Virus record (IMG/VR): IMGVR_UViG_3300037961_003440
Coordinates: 30,365-94,364 of that record
DNA length: 64,000 nucleotides
Source: a virus
Strand: one strand, 5' to 3'
In this document: one piece after another, positions 49,863 to 59,297 of the stretch
How the letters are laid out: every line of letters starts with the position of its first letter
How positions within the stretch are numbered: the first letter of the stretch is position 1
Notes under the pieces: model-generated
Seen by the model: only the letters and a program-made list of their open reading frames with translations
Told to the model about the DNA's origin: nothing
The model's database searches: none
Program-made: the position numbers and the translations under genes

Positions 49863-51758
49863 TCATATTTCACAAAGGCCACCTGCACACGCAATCTCGC
49901 CTTGTAAATCTGTATTATCTTCTGTTTCAATTACTTTGGTTAAGTCTATTTGCTTAAGTCCTGCTATCATTTGGTCGTATTGTAAGCGTGTAATTGATTC
50001 AAAAGGTGCTTGGACATAACTACCACCATCATAAGGCAATACAGACAAACCATTGTAGTATTTTCTATTATTCCACATCCAATTTCCTACTTCTTCCCAT
50101 TCCCATTTTCTAATTGAAATTGTAGCAGAAACATTGTGAGTATTCATACCTTTTGTATGACCTTTATTGACCCAATTTGTTGCTACATATTTTACTCTTT
50201 CAAGTAATTGAATTGCATCTTCACTTCTTGTTGTAGAACCTTCCGGTGCTTTTTGAGGTAAAGAAATTACAGCAGTATCATGTGGTCTAAATTGTTCATC
50301 TTCAATTATAGAAGGATGATTATTAACTAAATAATTATAAATTGCTTCATTCTTTCCTACTCTAATTCTTCTAATATAATATTCGTCATGCCAAGCATGA
50401 ATACCACTTGAAGTTCCTAAAACACAAGATGTAGTTCCAGCAGGTTTAACACAAGTAATTCTTGCCGCAGGATTTATACCAATTTGTTCTGCAATTAATT
50501 TATTAACAGACTTTGATAATTCTGCCGCTTGTTGTAAATCTAATCCTTTTAATTTATTAGAAGCAATACCTGTCATACTAACTCCAAGTAAAGCATCTTT
50601 TTCTGTTGTAGTTTTCCATATTTCTCTAAGATAATGAAAATCAGTATAACCTGCTTGTAATGTTGCTAATACAGTTGCCGCAGAAACTCTTGCATTTAAA
50701 TCATCTTGGTCAATAACATCACTTACATTTATTTCTGTTAAATTACAAAACTGATTTGGTCTCAGGGCTATTTCGCAACAAGGATTTGTTCCCCAATCTT
50801 TATCATTTGAAAAATATATTCCGGGTTCTCCTGAACCTGATTCTTTAATTCTCTTCCATAATTTCATGAAGTAATCTTTATCAATTCTGCTTCTAATAAG
50901 AACGGCTGAATTATTAGCCCTACCTCTTTGTGGATTTAACTCCCACCAATTACCGGATTTAGCAGTTATCATATCCATATCATCTGCACTAAATAAAGAA
51001 ATTAAAGCGGCTCGTCTAATACCACCTGCTAAAACAGCATCAGCAATATGACACATAATATCATGTGCTTGGATAGGAGTAATTTTTTCACCCGAAGTTA
51101 TATCTTTTAGTATTCCTTCTACTTTAACTAAACATTCTTTTAACGGTTGAGGGCCGGGTGCTTTTCCACCTGATGTAATTAATCTTTCACCTTTTGCTCT
51201 AATATCTGAATAATCAAAATCAGGTGTTGATGAAAGTCTACCAAAATATGATTTAACTAAAACCTTAATTGCATCAGCCCAACCTTCAATAGAATCTCCA
51301 ATAAGATACCTTCTTTTTCTATTAGGGTTAGGGTGTTGAATTACAGGTAATTTGTCAATATGATTATATTGTACTGAATAACCAACGCCTGTTCCACCAA
51401 GAAGTAAAAACATTGATTCCCAAAAAGCAGCAATATTATCAACAGGCATATAAGCACAGTTATAAATTCTATTAGGTGCTACTTCTATTGGCTTACCACC
51501 AAATTGTAGACTTCTCATTGAAGGTAAAACTTTCTTAGGTTGTACAAAGTTAGTATAAACATCCATTATTTGTTCTTCTAATTTAGGGTATTTTTTAATA
51601 TGCATCATCATATTTCTTGTGCATAATTCTTCCCATGTTTCCCTTCTTTCTTTTTGTTCTACATATTTTGCATATTTCATATGTACAGTTATATCGCTTA
51701 AAATTTCACTTGCTTTATTCATTATTCCACTTCCTTTCTTATTGGTAAATTTTCCCAT
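49863..51758 (-). CDS. nrdJ: Class II (B12-dependent) ribonucleotide reductase, monomeric RTPR type
   Basis: YNCAY, GGTGVGYS, AGGIRRAA, TNPCCEI, FCNLTE, VKPAGT, C-terminal CAGGLC; likely start at 51722. Confidence 0.93.
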   Translation of the reverse strand: MGKFTNKKGSGIMNKASEILSDITVHMKYAKYVEQKERRETWEELCTRNMMMHIKKYPKLEEQIMDVYTNFVQPKKVLPSMRSLQFGGKPIEVAPNRIYNCAYMPVDNIAAFWESMFLLLGGTGVGYSVQYNHIDKLPVIQHPNPNRKRRYLIGDSIEGWADAIKVLVKSYFGRLSSTPDFDYSDIRAKGERLITSGGKAPGPQPLKECLVKVEGILKDITSGEKITPIQAHDIMCHIADAVLAGGIRRAALISLFSADDMDMITAKSGNWWELNPQRGRANNSAVLIRSRIDKDYFMKLWKRIKESGSGEPGIYFSNDKDWGTNPCCEIALRPNQFCNLTEINVSDVIDQDDLNARVSAATVLATLQAGYTDFHYLREIWKTTTEKDALLGVSMTGIASNKLKGLDLQQAAELSKSVNKLIAEQIGINPAARITCVKPAGTTSCVLGTSSGIHAWHDEYYIRRIRVGKNEAIYNYLVNNHPSIIEDEQFRPHDTAVISLPQKAPEGSTTRSEDAIQLLERVKYVATNWVNKGHTKGMNTHNVSATISIRKWEWEEVGNWMWNNRKYYNGLSVLPYDGGSYVQAPFESITRLQYDQMIAGLKQIDLTKVIETEDNTDLQGEIACAGGLCEI

Positions 51759-52189
51759 TTGTTAAACTGCGCCAACAGTTTGTTTTCTTTTTTAGTAACT
51801 ACTATCCAATCCATATCTTGAACCCAAGTCCAATTTTTCATGTCTGCAATTACTTTATCTCCGTATATTCTAACTAATTGGCCTATTTCCCAAAATTCTT
51901 TATTATCATATTTTATAATGGGATGTCCACACGCTTGAATTATACTTTTTCGGCTTTCTGCAATTATCTGACCATCACTATAAAAGTTAGGATTAGAACA
52001 GGTAATTTTTAAGTCATTAAATTTTCTATGAAAATTTGCTAATGTTAATGACTCTTTTATCTTCCAACCTGATGCTTTTAAATCACTTTCAAAAATGCGA
52101 CTTGGTAGGAAGTTTTCATCTTCTTCGTCTATATTATATTCGTTGTAAAAATTTTTTATATTCATATTATCACCATATATATTACCCAT
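51722..52189 (-). CDS. Hypothetical protein
   Basis: Operon ORF. Confidence 0.55.
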   Translation of the reverse strand: MGNIYGDNMNIKNFYNEYNIDEEDENFLPSRIFESDLKASGWKIKESLTLANFHRKFNDLKITCSNPNFYSDGQIIAESRKSIIQACGHPIIKYDNKEFWEIGQLVRIYGDKVIADMKNWTWVQDMDWIVVTKKENKLLAQFNKWENLPIRKEVE

Positions 52190-52260
52190 TATGCTAATTT
52201 CCTTGATTTATCCAAAAAAATTTGTTTTGATGGGCCGTTCCACTTCATTTTTTCAAAAAA

Positions 52261-52557
52261 TTACTCTATTTCTTTAGATATTAAATCGTGATATTTTACT
52301 GATTTGTTATTTTGTGTTTCAAAACAGTCATCACACATACAAAAAACAATTCTCTTGTCTGAAAATTCTCTATAATGAAAGTCATGCCTACTAAGATATG
52401 TAGCATAAGCCATTAATTCTACGCCACCTATCAAAGATTTTGTCTTTTTGTCTGTTGATAATTTTTTATCGCAAGTTAAGCAGGTTCTTTTGCTATCACT
52501 TGGTTGCATTTCCTTCTTTATCCACTTTTCTTTATTTGGTATCATTGTTGTACTCAT
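52261..52557 (-). CDS. Zn-finger protein
   Basis: CLTC...CDDC. Confidence 0.5.
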   Translation of the reverse strand: MSTTMIPNKEKWIKKEMQPSDSKRTCLTCDKKLSTDKKTKSLIGGVELMAYATYLSRHDFHYREFSDKRIVFCMCDDCFETQNNKSVKYHDLISKEIE

Positions 52558-52853
52558 AATTCTTCACCATCTTTTCTAAAAACTTTTCTTACTGAGGACT
52601 TAACCTCGTGATAAACCCCTTTTGATTTAGGGCTTCCTGATACAGTAATTAATTTTACAGTATCGGTAGCAGGATTTTTTACCCGTATCTTAATATGTTT
52701 GCTAATTTGAAACTCTACGATTTCTACACCTAAAGTTTCTATTGCTTTCATCATCTTCTTAATCTCTTTTCCGTTCATAACCATCACATCATTGTATCGT
52801 TTTACTATAACATATGTTATATTTCTTAATATACGCCAAAAGAGTTGCTTCAT
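52554..52853 (-). CDS. HicA-like (dsRBD-fold) protein
   Basis: KEIKKMMKAIETLG...SKHIKIR...ITVSGSP; true start probably near 52778. Confidence 0.55.
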   Translation of the reverse strand: MKQLFWRILRNITYVIVKRYNDVMVMNGKEIKKMMKAIETLGVEIVEFQISKHIKIRVKNPATDTVKLITVSGSPKSKGVYHEVKSSVRKVFRKDGEEL

Positions 52854-53100
52854 GTTCCATATTTCTATCGCTATAATCTAATGAAAAATATTTTTCAACA
52901 AATTCTTCCAGAAATCCACCAAGTATTTCTTTGGGCAATATCATTTCCATTTCTTCAAACTGATTTAAAAATGTAGGTAATATTCCTTCTTCTTCTCTCA
53001 TTTTATGTACTTCTCTAAGCCAAGTTTCATGAGCACGAATTTCTTTCCATGTAGGTTTTAACATTTTTAGAAATATCCAAAAGTCTTTTAAAATATTCAT
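52789..53100 (-). CDS. Hypothetical protein
   Basis: Operon ORF. Confidence 0.45.
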   Translation of the reverse strand: MNILKDFWIFLKMLKPTWKEIRAHETWLREVHKMREEEGILPTFLNQFEEMEMILPKEILGGFLEEFVEKYFSLDYSDRNMEHEATLLAYIKKYNICYSKTIQ

Positions 53101-53480
53101 TCAAAAGCCGCCTCTTTCTTAAAATAATAAATCATATCTTTGGCATTTCTAAATCTTTCTTGAGCAGATTTACCATCTTTCCAAGATATATTATAAGAAG
53201 CATAACGATTTAATTTGTTAATTAGGGTTGATTCATACATTGACTGTTGTGCAACCATATCATCTTTAGCATATTGTTCAGCATATTCTTTTGATTCTCT
53301 TTTCATATCTTTTAATTGAGTATTCCAACCCTTTTGTAAAATAGGGTATCTAATAAAACTCATAGGTGAGGGATAATTACTATAACTGTAATAATCTTTC
53401 TTTTTCTCAACCAAGTAGTCTATAATTTCAATAAATTCTTCTGCGCCTGTATCTTTTCTCCAATAACTCATCACTATCAA
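53097..53480 (-). CDS. Hypothetical protein
   Basis: Operon ORF. Confidence 0.55.
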   Translation of the reverse strand: MIVMSYWRKDTGAEEFIEIIDYLVEKKKDYYSYSNYPSPMSFIRYPILQKGWNTQLKDMKRESKEYAEQYAKDDMVAQQSMYESTLINKLNRYASYNISWKDGKSAQERFRNAKDMIYYFKKEAAFE

Positions 53481-53608
53481 TAAAAAAATCCCCCCATTAT
53501 TTTAAGTGGCGGGGGGAAACCACTATCCTATGAAAAATAGTTTTATCAGTAAAACTACTAAAAACTGTATGCCATTAGTCGCATACTAACTAACAGAATT
53601 GACCTGTA

Positions 53609-53830
53609 TTAATCGTCATCACTAATACAAGAACCGCCAACAATTGCTTGAGTTAGTACGACTTCATCAACCGCATTAAAATCAATGTTAGCAATATCTT
53701 CTCTTGAAACCAATTCACCATCAACATATGCCCAATGTGTAGGGTGGTCAATTATTTGGTCAAGTGCTTCAGTTGCACTTAGAGTTAATTCTGTATGTCC
53801 TGTTTCATTCAATATTGTTATCTTTACCAT
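53609..53830 (-). CDS. Ubiquitin-like (SAMP/ThiS beta-grasp) protein precursor
   Basis: MVKITIL...WAYVDGELV...DEVVLTQAIVGG followed by a 7-aa extension SCISDDD. Confidence 0.8.
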   Translation of the reverse strand: MVKITILNETGHTELTLSATEALDQIIDHPTHWAYVDGELVSREDIANIDFNAVDEVVLTQAIVGGSCISDDD

Positions 53831-53844
53831 TTATTTCACTTCCT

Positions 53845-54162
53845 TTATTCTTCATTTTCAAAAATTGGTCTGCCATTTTCAGTAAATAGTCCACCGTTTG
53901 TAATATGCTTTACAACAGCCTTTTCCATTTTCTTTCTTGTACTTACCATTCTCTTTTCGCTTACAACATTCAAGTTTGATAGTGTATTTAGAGTTTCATT
54001 AATAAAACTCTTAGCCAATTCAAATTGTGCATTTTGACTTTCATCAAGATATACACCACCTGTTGCACGACTCATAATTCTACGAAGTTCAAAATCCGTA
54101 ATAAGTCCTGCTTCTACTTGTTCTTTCAGCATTGTTTCCAATTCATTCACATTTTTACTCAT
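53845..54162 (-). CDS. Hypothetical protein upstream of the Ubl gene
   Basis: ORF with GGTGA RBS. Confidence 0.6.
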   Translation of the reverse strand: MSKNVNELETMLKEQVEAGLITDFELRRIMSRATGGVYLDESQNAQFELAKSFINETLNTLSNLNVVSEKRMVSTRKKMEKAVVKHITNGGLFTENGRPIFENEE

Positions 54163-54315
54163 TTCTTTTTCACCTTTTTTCTTTTGTGGACATTGGGCTG
54201 TTCCTCACCATATTTACATAAAAAACTGAGCCTATTAAGGTTCTTGTTAATTTATGTTTGCTATAATGATATAATATCATCATATTAAATCGCACATAAT
54301 GTACGACTTTAGAAT

Positions 54316-54561
54316 TCAATCTTTCCAAGTCCAAAGACAACCCTTGTAAGTATTCATTGAAATACCCTGAATTCTTTGTACATCAACCTTATGAAATGTA
54401 CGGGTCTTAGCCAACACATTATTTAATGCCTGCATTTGAATGCCGTATCTTTCACCATTATTGATAAATTCGTATATTTCTTGTGTACTTCGGGGTTCTT
54501 TGGCTTCTTTGAGATATTTTTCTATCTTAATTCTTATCCTTTTGTATTTCATTAATATCAC
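54316..54561 (-). CDS. Winged-HTH DNA-binding protein
   Basis: EPRSTQEIYEFIN...LNNVLAK..FHKV...WTW. Confidence 0.55.
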   Translation of the reverse strand: MILMKYKRIRIKIEKYLKEAKEPRSTQEIYEFINNGERYGIQMQALNNVLAKTRTFHKVDVQRIQGISMNTYKGCLWTWKD

Positions 54562-54772
54562 CTTTCAATCCATTAATATCATCTTGTACCTTTCTTAATG
54601 TTTTCATAACATTAGATACTATCTCACTTACTTCATTAAGTTTTTCGTCTATCTCTTCTTTCCATTCTGTTTTCGGTTTCATTATCTTACCTACCTTTTC
54701 ATAGCATTTATCACAAAGTATTGGATTACCTGTAATTCCTTTGTAACAACCACACATTAAACATTCTCCCAT
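54527..54772 (-). CDS. Zn-finger plus coiled-coil microprotein
   Basis: CLMC...LCDKC. Confidence 0.5.
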   Translation of the reverse strand: MGECLMCGCYKGITGNPILCDKCYEKVGKIMKPKTEWKEEIDEKLNEVSEIVSNVMKTLRKVQDDINGLKGDINEIQKDKN

Positions 54773-54778
54773 CTTTAA

Positions 54779-55153
54779 TCACCTATATCTTTTTGCTTGT
54801 TTTCTTGAGGATATAGAACCACTAAATCTATTATCTACTCTCCATGTTCTTTCATCGGTTGATGTATTGCGAACATCCTTATTGTTTCTAATTGCATCAA
54901 GTACATTAGACTCATGAGCAGATAATCCAAAATCAGTCATCTTACCTTCAAGTTTTTTAATTTCATTTTGTGTTTTCTTAATCGCCTTTTTCTTAGATTC
55001 AGCCTTATCGGTTAATACTTTATTCCCTAAAGGTTTGCCGTAATTAGCCACATCTTTCTGTATCTTATCCTCAATTTGATTAAGAATCTTCCTCAGTTCT
55101 CTCTTTTGTTCCGTCAATCTTTGCTTCAACATTATTTTCCTTTTCATAATCAT
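54779..55153 (-). CDS. Basic coiled-coil protein
   Basis: K/R-rich ORF. Confidence 0.5.
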   Translation of the reverse strand: MIMKRKIMLKQRLTEQKRELRKILNQIEDKIQKDVANYGKPLGNKVLTDKAESKKKAIKKTQNEIKKLEGKMTDFGLSAHESNVLDAIRNNKDVRNTSTDERTWRVDNRFSGSISSRKQAKRYR

Positions 55154-55286
55154 TCCTCATTTCTTTTGCAATTGCTTTACACTTATGCCAATTGCCAACA
55201 CGACCATTACAAAATATATACCATGCAATTCTATCTTCGCTGAAATTATTTTGTAACATATAATTGATATGTTTCATTTTACCCAT
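55080..55286 (-). CDS. Hypothetical protein
   Basis: Operon ORF. Confidence 0.4.
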   Translation of the reverse strand: MGKMKHINYMLQNNFSEDRIAWYIFCNGRVGNWHKCKAIAKEMRNDYEKENNVEAKIDGTKERTEEDS

Positions 55287-55287
55287 T

Positions 55288-55581
55288 TCATATCTCCCTA
55301 ATTTTAATCAGAAGTAAAACCAAATAGCCTATTAAATCTTTGACCACATCTTCATCAGATTCAATGCTATCATTACCTTGCATTAATCTATTGAGTTTAT
55401 CGTCAATTCTAACTCTAAGCCCTTCGTCAATTCCTGCTTTTGAAAAAACCCTAATTGGGTTCATCACGGAATCGCCATATTGTTCATTCTTTTGAATTAG
55501 GAAATCCCTAATTTCATCCATTGTTTCTTTTATTTTCTTTTTTGTTTCCATACTGTCCACCAGAACATCAGTCTTTTTCAT
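55288..55581 (-). CDS. Nucleotide-modification-associated domain protein (DUF1599-like, MazG-related fold)
   Basis: KNEQYGDS..GLRVRIDDKLNRL..EDVVKDLIGY. Confidence 0.8.
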   Translation of the reverse strand: MKKTDVLVDSMETKKKIKETMDEIRDFLIQKNEQYGDSVMNPIRVFSKAGIDEGLRVRIDDKLNRLMQGNDSIESDEDVVKDLIGYLVLLLIKIREI

Positions 55582-55589
55582 TTAATTTA

Positions 55590-55970
55590 AAACTTTATCT
55601 CTTACAAAATGACACCTTTTCCCATTTTCCCATGCTACAAAATGTATGAGATAATATTTTGCATGAGATAATCCAATTTTCTTAATCATTTTGATACCTT
55701 TTCCCATTATCCCACTTTTCCCACACTTTGACCCTCTTACATATATACACAAATATATACAAAAATAGATAGAGAGTAAAGTAAAGTAAGTAAGGAAGGA
55801 AAGGGAAAAGGGGAAAAGATACTAAAATAAACATAATGATTAAGATAATATAATTATCTAATACAAAATGTTTTCTCATAGTAATGGGAAAAGATGGGAA
55901 TTCCCATCAAATAAATTATGTCATACAAAATGACTGACATCTTTTAAACAAAGATAAATGATTAAAACTA
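55590..55970. repeat. Origin-like non-coding region with iterated TACAAAATG and TTTTCCCA motifs in inverted arrangement
   Basis: TACAAAATG at 55603, 55636, 55862, 55924; TTTTCCCA on the left arm and TGGGAA on the right; AT-rich centre and flank. Confidence 0.55.
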
Positions 55971-56297
55971 ATAAAATAAAACTATATTAAAATGATTAGT
56001 TATAGTTTATATATTGTTCTGGTTATTGTTAGATAAATAAGACAATTTATCCAAAAAACTTCTGTGCGAATTGCCCAAACCGACACCACCTATGACCCCC
56101 TACCCCTTATAAGGCAAGCCGACCCCCTCCGACCTGCCTATATATCACCAATTAGATTGTTTTGTCAGAAGTTTAGAACCATATGGTAATAATAACTAAT
56201 AGTGTAAATTTGTGGAACGCATTATTACCCCAAAGGGCGACATTTTTTGTGAGAAAATGCCGAAAAACTCCCTCAAATTGAGGCTTAATCCTCTTCA

Positions 56298-56777
56298 TCA
56301 AGCCTCATTTGAATTAACCCCATAAGTGCCGGATAAATTTCCGGTTTCTTTGAAATTCCTGCGACCATCACGCTCATCGGCTTCAAGTTTTGCTTTCAAA
56401 TATGATTCAAGTGTATGTTCATATCTAACACCATCTTCAACAAATGTCGGTTTGAGTTTTGAATTCTCAAAAAATATTTGGTGATTAACTTGATTATCTT
56501 TTGCCTGTTTTGAGTTAGCCTTTAGCACATCTTTGTCAAGTCGGACACTTCGCCAACCTTCAAATTCATTATCAGCAAATTCAAGTTTTAGACTCTTGAC
56601 GATTTTTTCACGGTTTCTAAGTGATTCACCTCGCTTCATTTGATATTCGGCAAGGTCAATTTTGTCAAGAATAACCTCATCTTCACTATTCTCATTTTCA
56701 ACAATCCACGCCTTAAGAGGGGCGAGAAATTTGTTATATATCTCATCGTTTTGGTATTTCGTTTTCTTTTCGGTCAT
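56298..56777 (-). CDS. Hypothetical protein, distant paralogue of 59622..60248
   Basis: Likely start MTEKK; shared DE..N, D.I.L....RG, E..D and terminal F..TG...G patterns. Confidence 0.6.
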   Translation of the reverse strand: MTEKKTKYQNDEIYNKFLAPLKAWIVENENSEDEVILDKIDLAEYQMKRGESLRNREKIVKSLKLEFADNEFEGWRSVRLDKDVLKANSKQAKDNQVNHQIFFENSKLKPTFVEDGVRYEHTLESYLKAKLEADERDGRRNFKETGNLSGTYGVNSNEA

Positions 56778-56810
56778 ATTAATTACCACTAAATAGGACT
56801 TCTTTAACAT

Positions 56811-56882
56811 CATAAGGTTTTCACAAAGTTACAACCATATGGTAAGGCCACTTTGTAGGCACGAACCTTAAGGTCATATGGT
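56811..56882. promoter_or_regulatory. Bidirectional element AAGGT-CAAAG-ACCATATGGT-CTTTG-ACCTT between divergent genes
   Basis: Palindrome at 56834-56843 with mirrored arms; TATA-like CCTTAWG on each side. Confidence 0.6.
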
Positions 56883-56893
56883 ATTCTAATACC

Positions 56894-57103
56894 ATGTTTT
56901 CATGGAGAAAAATATCAAGAAAAGAGCGTAAAGAAGAAACACAAAAGAATTTTACCCTTAAATTAAAACAGGATAGATATAAGAATTGGATTTGTGAATC
57001 TGCAAGGGTTCAAGGTAATACAATTGAAGAGGTCAAAGAAAGAATGGATTTATTATTGGCTGCAATTGTTGAAAAATTAGATGAAGCAAACGGAGATGAA
57101 TAA
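56894..57103 (+). CDS. Small hypothetical protein (first of a + strand cluster)
   Basis: Leaderless-type spacing from the TATA-like box. Confidence 0.5.
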   Translation: MFSWRKISRKERKEETQKNFTLKLKQDRYKNWICESARVQGNTIEEVKERMDLLLAAIVEKLDEANGDE

Positions 57104-57341
57104 AATGGATAACATACCAAAAGAAGTAGAAAAAACAATAGAGCAAATAACACGAGAACAGAAAAAAGTATTTGAGGATTATTACGATACACAAATTAGA
57201 AAATGGGTTTGGTATTGTTGTAATAAGGGCTGTGCAACAATTAATGTAAAAAATCCTTTAGATAGTGTAGTTTTTGTTGATGCTTGGAGATATTTAGAAA
57301 CAGAATGTCTAAAAAATAGCAAGGTGAATAATAATGAGTAA
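57081..57341 (+). CDS. Hypothetical protein
   Basis: Operon ORF; start probably at 57105. Confidence 0.5.
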   Translation: MKQTEMNKMDNIPKEVEKTIEQITREQKKVFEDYYDTQIRKWVWYCCNKGCATINVKNPLDSVVFVDAWRYLETECLKNSKVNNNE

Positions 57342-57467
57342 ATTATTGAAAGAAGCACAAAGTAAAACTCTTGAATTGTTAAAAATTGAAGAGGATTTGG
57401 CATATCATAGATGGTTAAGAGCAAAACAAATGGTTGAATTTAAGAAATTATTGGAGAGTGAGGAAGA

Positions 57468-57725
57468 ATGAAATACAAATATGATATGACTAAAGAAGTT
57501 TTGATTGCTTCATGGCTAAAAGATTTTGATGAATTACCACATACTAAAAGTGTAGTTTATAGTTTCTTTAGTATTATTTCCGAAACTGATGATGAAGAAA
57601 TAATTAATTCTTATTATACTTCTATTGTTGGATTATTAAAAGACTGTAAAGGCTATCCTCTAAAAAGAGGTTGGAATTTTAAGAAAAGTAATATTGAATT
57701 GCTAAAAGAATTAGGGTGGTATTGA
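57468..57725 (+). CDS. Hypothetical protein
   Basis: GAGG RBS. Confidence 0.55.
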   Translation: MKYKYDMTKEVLIASWLKDFDELPHTKSVVYSFFSIISETDDEEIINSYYTSIVGLLKDCKGYPLKRGWNFKKSNIELLKELGWY

Positions 57726-57913
57726 TGAAATACAAAAATAATCAATTAATTGCAATTATTCAAGAGATATGTGCAATAATTTATTTTCAACAATCATTAA
57801 AACATCAAGATAAATGGTTGAATGACAGAATTAAAGATGGGCTTTGGGATTTAGAATTGTGTGAAGATGAAGAATATGAAAATGGATTTAAAAAAGAAGG
57901 TGAGGAAGAATGA
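57716..57913 (+). CDS. Hypothetical protein
   Basis: Coupled ORF. Confidence 0.5.
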   Translation: MVLMKYKNNQLIAIIQEICAIIYFQQSLKHQDKWLNDRIKDGLWDLELCEDEEYENGFKKEGEEE

Positions 57914-58185
57914 TAAATGAAATAATGAATGAATTAGTAGAATTAAGATTTAAAGTAATAGGTGCTAAAGATAGCAATACAGGTAAAATACCGGATTATA
58001 GAAATTATGCTGTAACATATTTTTTGAATATGAATCATGCTTATGTTGATTATGGTATTGAAGGTTTGAGAACACAAATTTTGTATGTTATTTCAAATCT
58101 TGAAGATTGGAATTGTGTTGAAGGTATGAAAGTTAAAAATCAATTAAAATTGATTACTATTAAATTAAAGGAGATGTTAAAATAG
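57910..58185 (+). CDS. Hypothetical protein
   Basis: ATGA-coupled; GLRTQILYVISNLEDW. Confidence 0.6.
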   Translation: MINEIMNELVELRFKVIGAKDSNTGKIPDYRNYAVTYFLNMNHAYVDYGIEGLRTQILYVISNLEDWNCVEGMKVKNQLKLITIKLKEMLK

Positions 58186-58458
58186 GTAAATTTCAAAGAA
58201 GGCATTATGAAATATTAGCCGCTACAATTGCTTTATTTAATGAAAATGAATTATATGAAGTAGATGATATAATCAATAAAGTTACTGATATGCTAATAGC
58301 GGATAATCACAGGTTCAAATATAATCAATTTGTTGAAAAAATTGAATTTATAAGAAATAGATTTGTTCCGAGATACGATTAGATTTATCATACCTCCGTG
58401 TGCAGTTTTTGGGTTCTGCATTATTAAAAACCCAATTTTTTTGAGTTTTAAATTATTT

Positions 58459-58508
58459 CAAGGTACTGCAAAGCGTACCATATGGATGCCGCTTTTGCAT
58501 AATCCTTA
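58459..58508. promoter_or_regulatory. Second copy of the AAGGT-CAAAG-ACCATATGG element
   Basis: caaggtactgcaaagcgtaccatatggatgccgcttttgcataatcctta upstream of 58554. Confidence 0.55.
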
Positions 58509-58553
58509 GATAATAATCGAAACCCTATTTATCACCTAATAGGAGGTAGTAGT

Positions 58554-59030
58554 ATGAGTAATACAGAAGAAGAAATGCAAGACGAAAACAAGAAAGCAAC
58601 CAAAGAGGATGTCATTGAATTGGCAGAATCAATGGGGATAAATAGAGGCACTTGTTCATGGGATAATCCGGTGAACAAATTTGTAATAATGTTGAATACA
58701 TTATTCATGAATACCTTAGCAAGTGAAAGAGTGAACCAAGATTGTTTGATGATTTTAGTCGGCCAACCAATAGGTCAATTAAAAGCCATCAAAGAATCAT
58801 ATGATGCTTTCAAAGCGGCTGAACAAAAGCAACGAGATTATTACAAGGCTGAAAGAACCAAGAAAGATGAATGGGAAGAAAAATATAATTCTGTTAAATG
58901 GAAAAACAGACATATTCAATCTTCTAATAGATTCGCACGAGTCATCGCTCAGATGGCTTTAGATGATTCAAGAAGATTGAGTTATGCAATATCGGAGGCT
59001 AATGATATGTTTAGTTTCGACGATGAGTGA
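58554..59030 (+). CDS. Hypothetical protein ending MFSFDDE
   Basis: Strong GGAGGT RBS. Confidence 0.65.
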   Translation: MSNTEEEMQDENKKATKEDVIELAESMGINRGTCSWDNPVNKFVIMLNTLFMNTLASERVNQDCLMILVGQPIGQLKAIKESYDAFKAAEQKQRDYYKAERTKKDEWEEKYNSVKWKNRHIQSSNRFARVIAQMALDDSRRLSYAISEANDMFSFDDE

Positions 59031-59061
59031 TTAATTTCACTACTAAACTACTGCAACAAGT

Positions 59062-59106
59062 CCGGTTCAGGGGGTAATTTATTGGTTCAATTACTCCTTG
59101 AATCGG
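59062..59106 (+). ncRNA. 18-bp RNA hairpin
   Basis: CCGGTTCAGGGGGTAATT/AATTACTCCTTGAATCGG; all three mismatches are G-U on the + strand. Confidence 0.55.
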
Positions 59107-59202
59107 CACATCATCGGCTTTGTTTCATTATACAAAAGTGTCATTTCACAAACCATATGGTTGTCCACGATAGTAAAATGGACACCGCAGGAGGGTAATT
59201 TA

Positions 59203-59223
59203 ATGTTTGATTGTGATGACTGA
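59203..59223 (+). CDS. Candidate micropeptide MFDCDD
   Basis: GGAGGGT ends 6 nt before the ATG. Confidence 0.35.
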   Translation: MFDCDD

Positions 59224-59297
59224 TTATTATCATTACCAAACATATTACCATATGGTTCATGCGTTAGCATATTATGAACCGCAGGAGGGTGAACAGA

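Noticed and set aside
31113-51758. Inteins or introns in PolB, RFC, ligase or RNR
   Set aside because: Proteins have normal length with contiguous motifs; no splice-junction signatures
55682-55879. Hydrophobic 65-aa ORF; likewise 60331..60543 and 25268..25465
   Set aside because: Translations of low-complexity regulatory or terminator DNA
58400-58442. preQ1-I riboswitch
   Set aside because: Similar pseudoknot topology, but it lacks the conserved ligand-binding loop, lies 3' of genes, and no que genes are present
59213-59223. C/D-box sRNA (GTGATGA/CTGA)
   Set aside because: The boxes abut with no guide region and are not retained in the second unit
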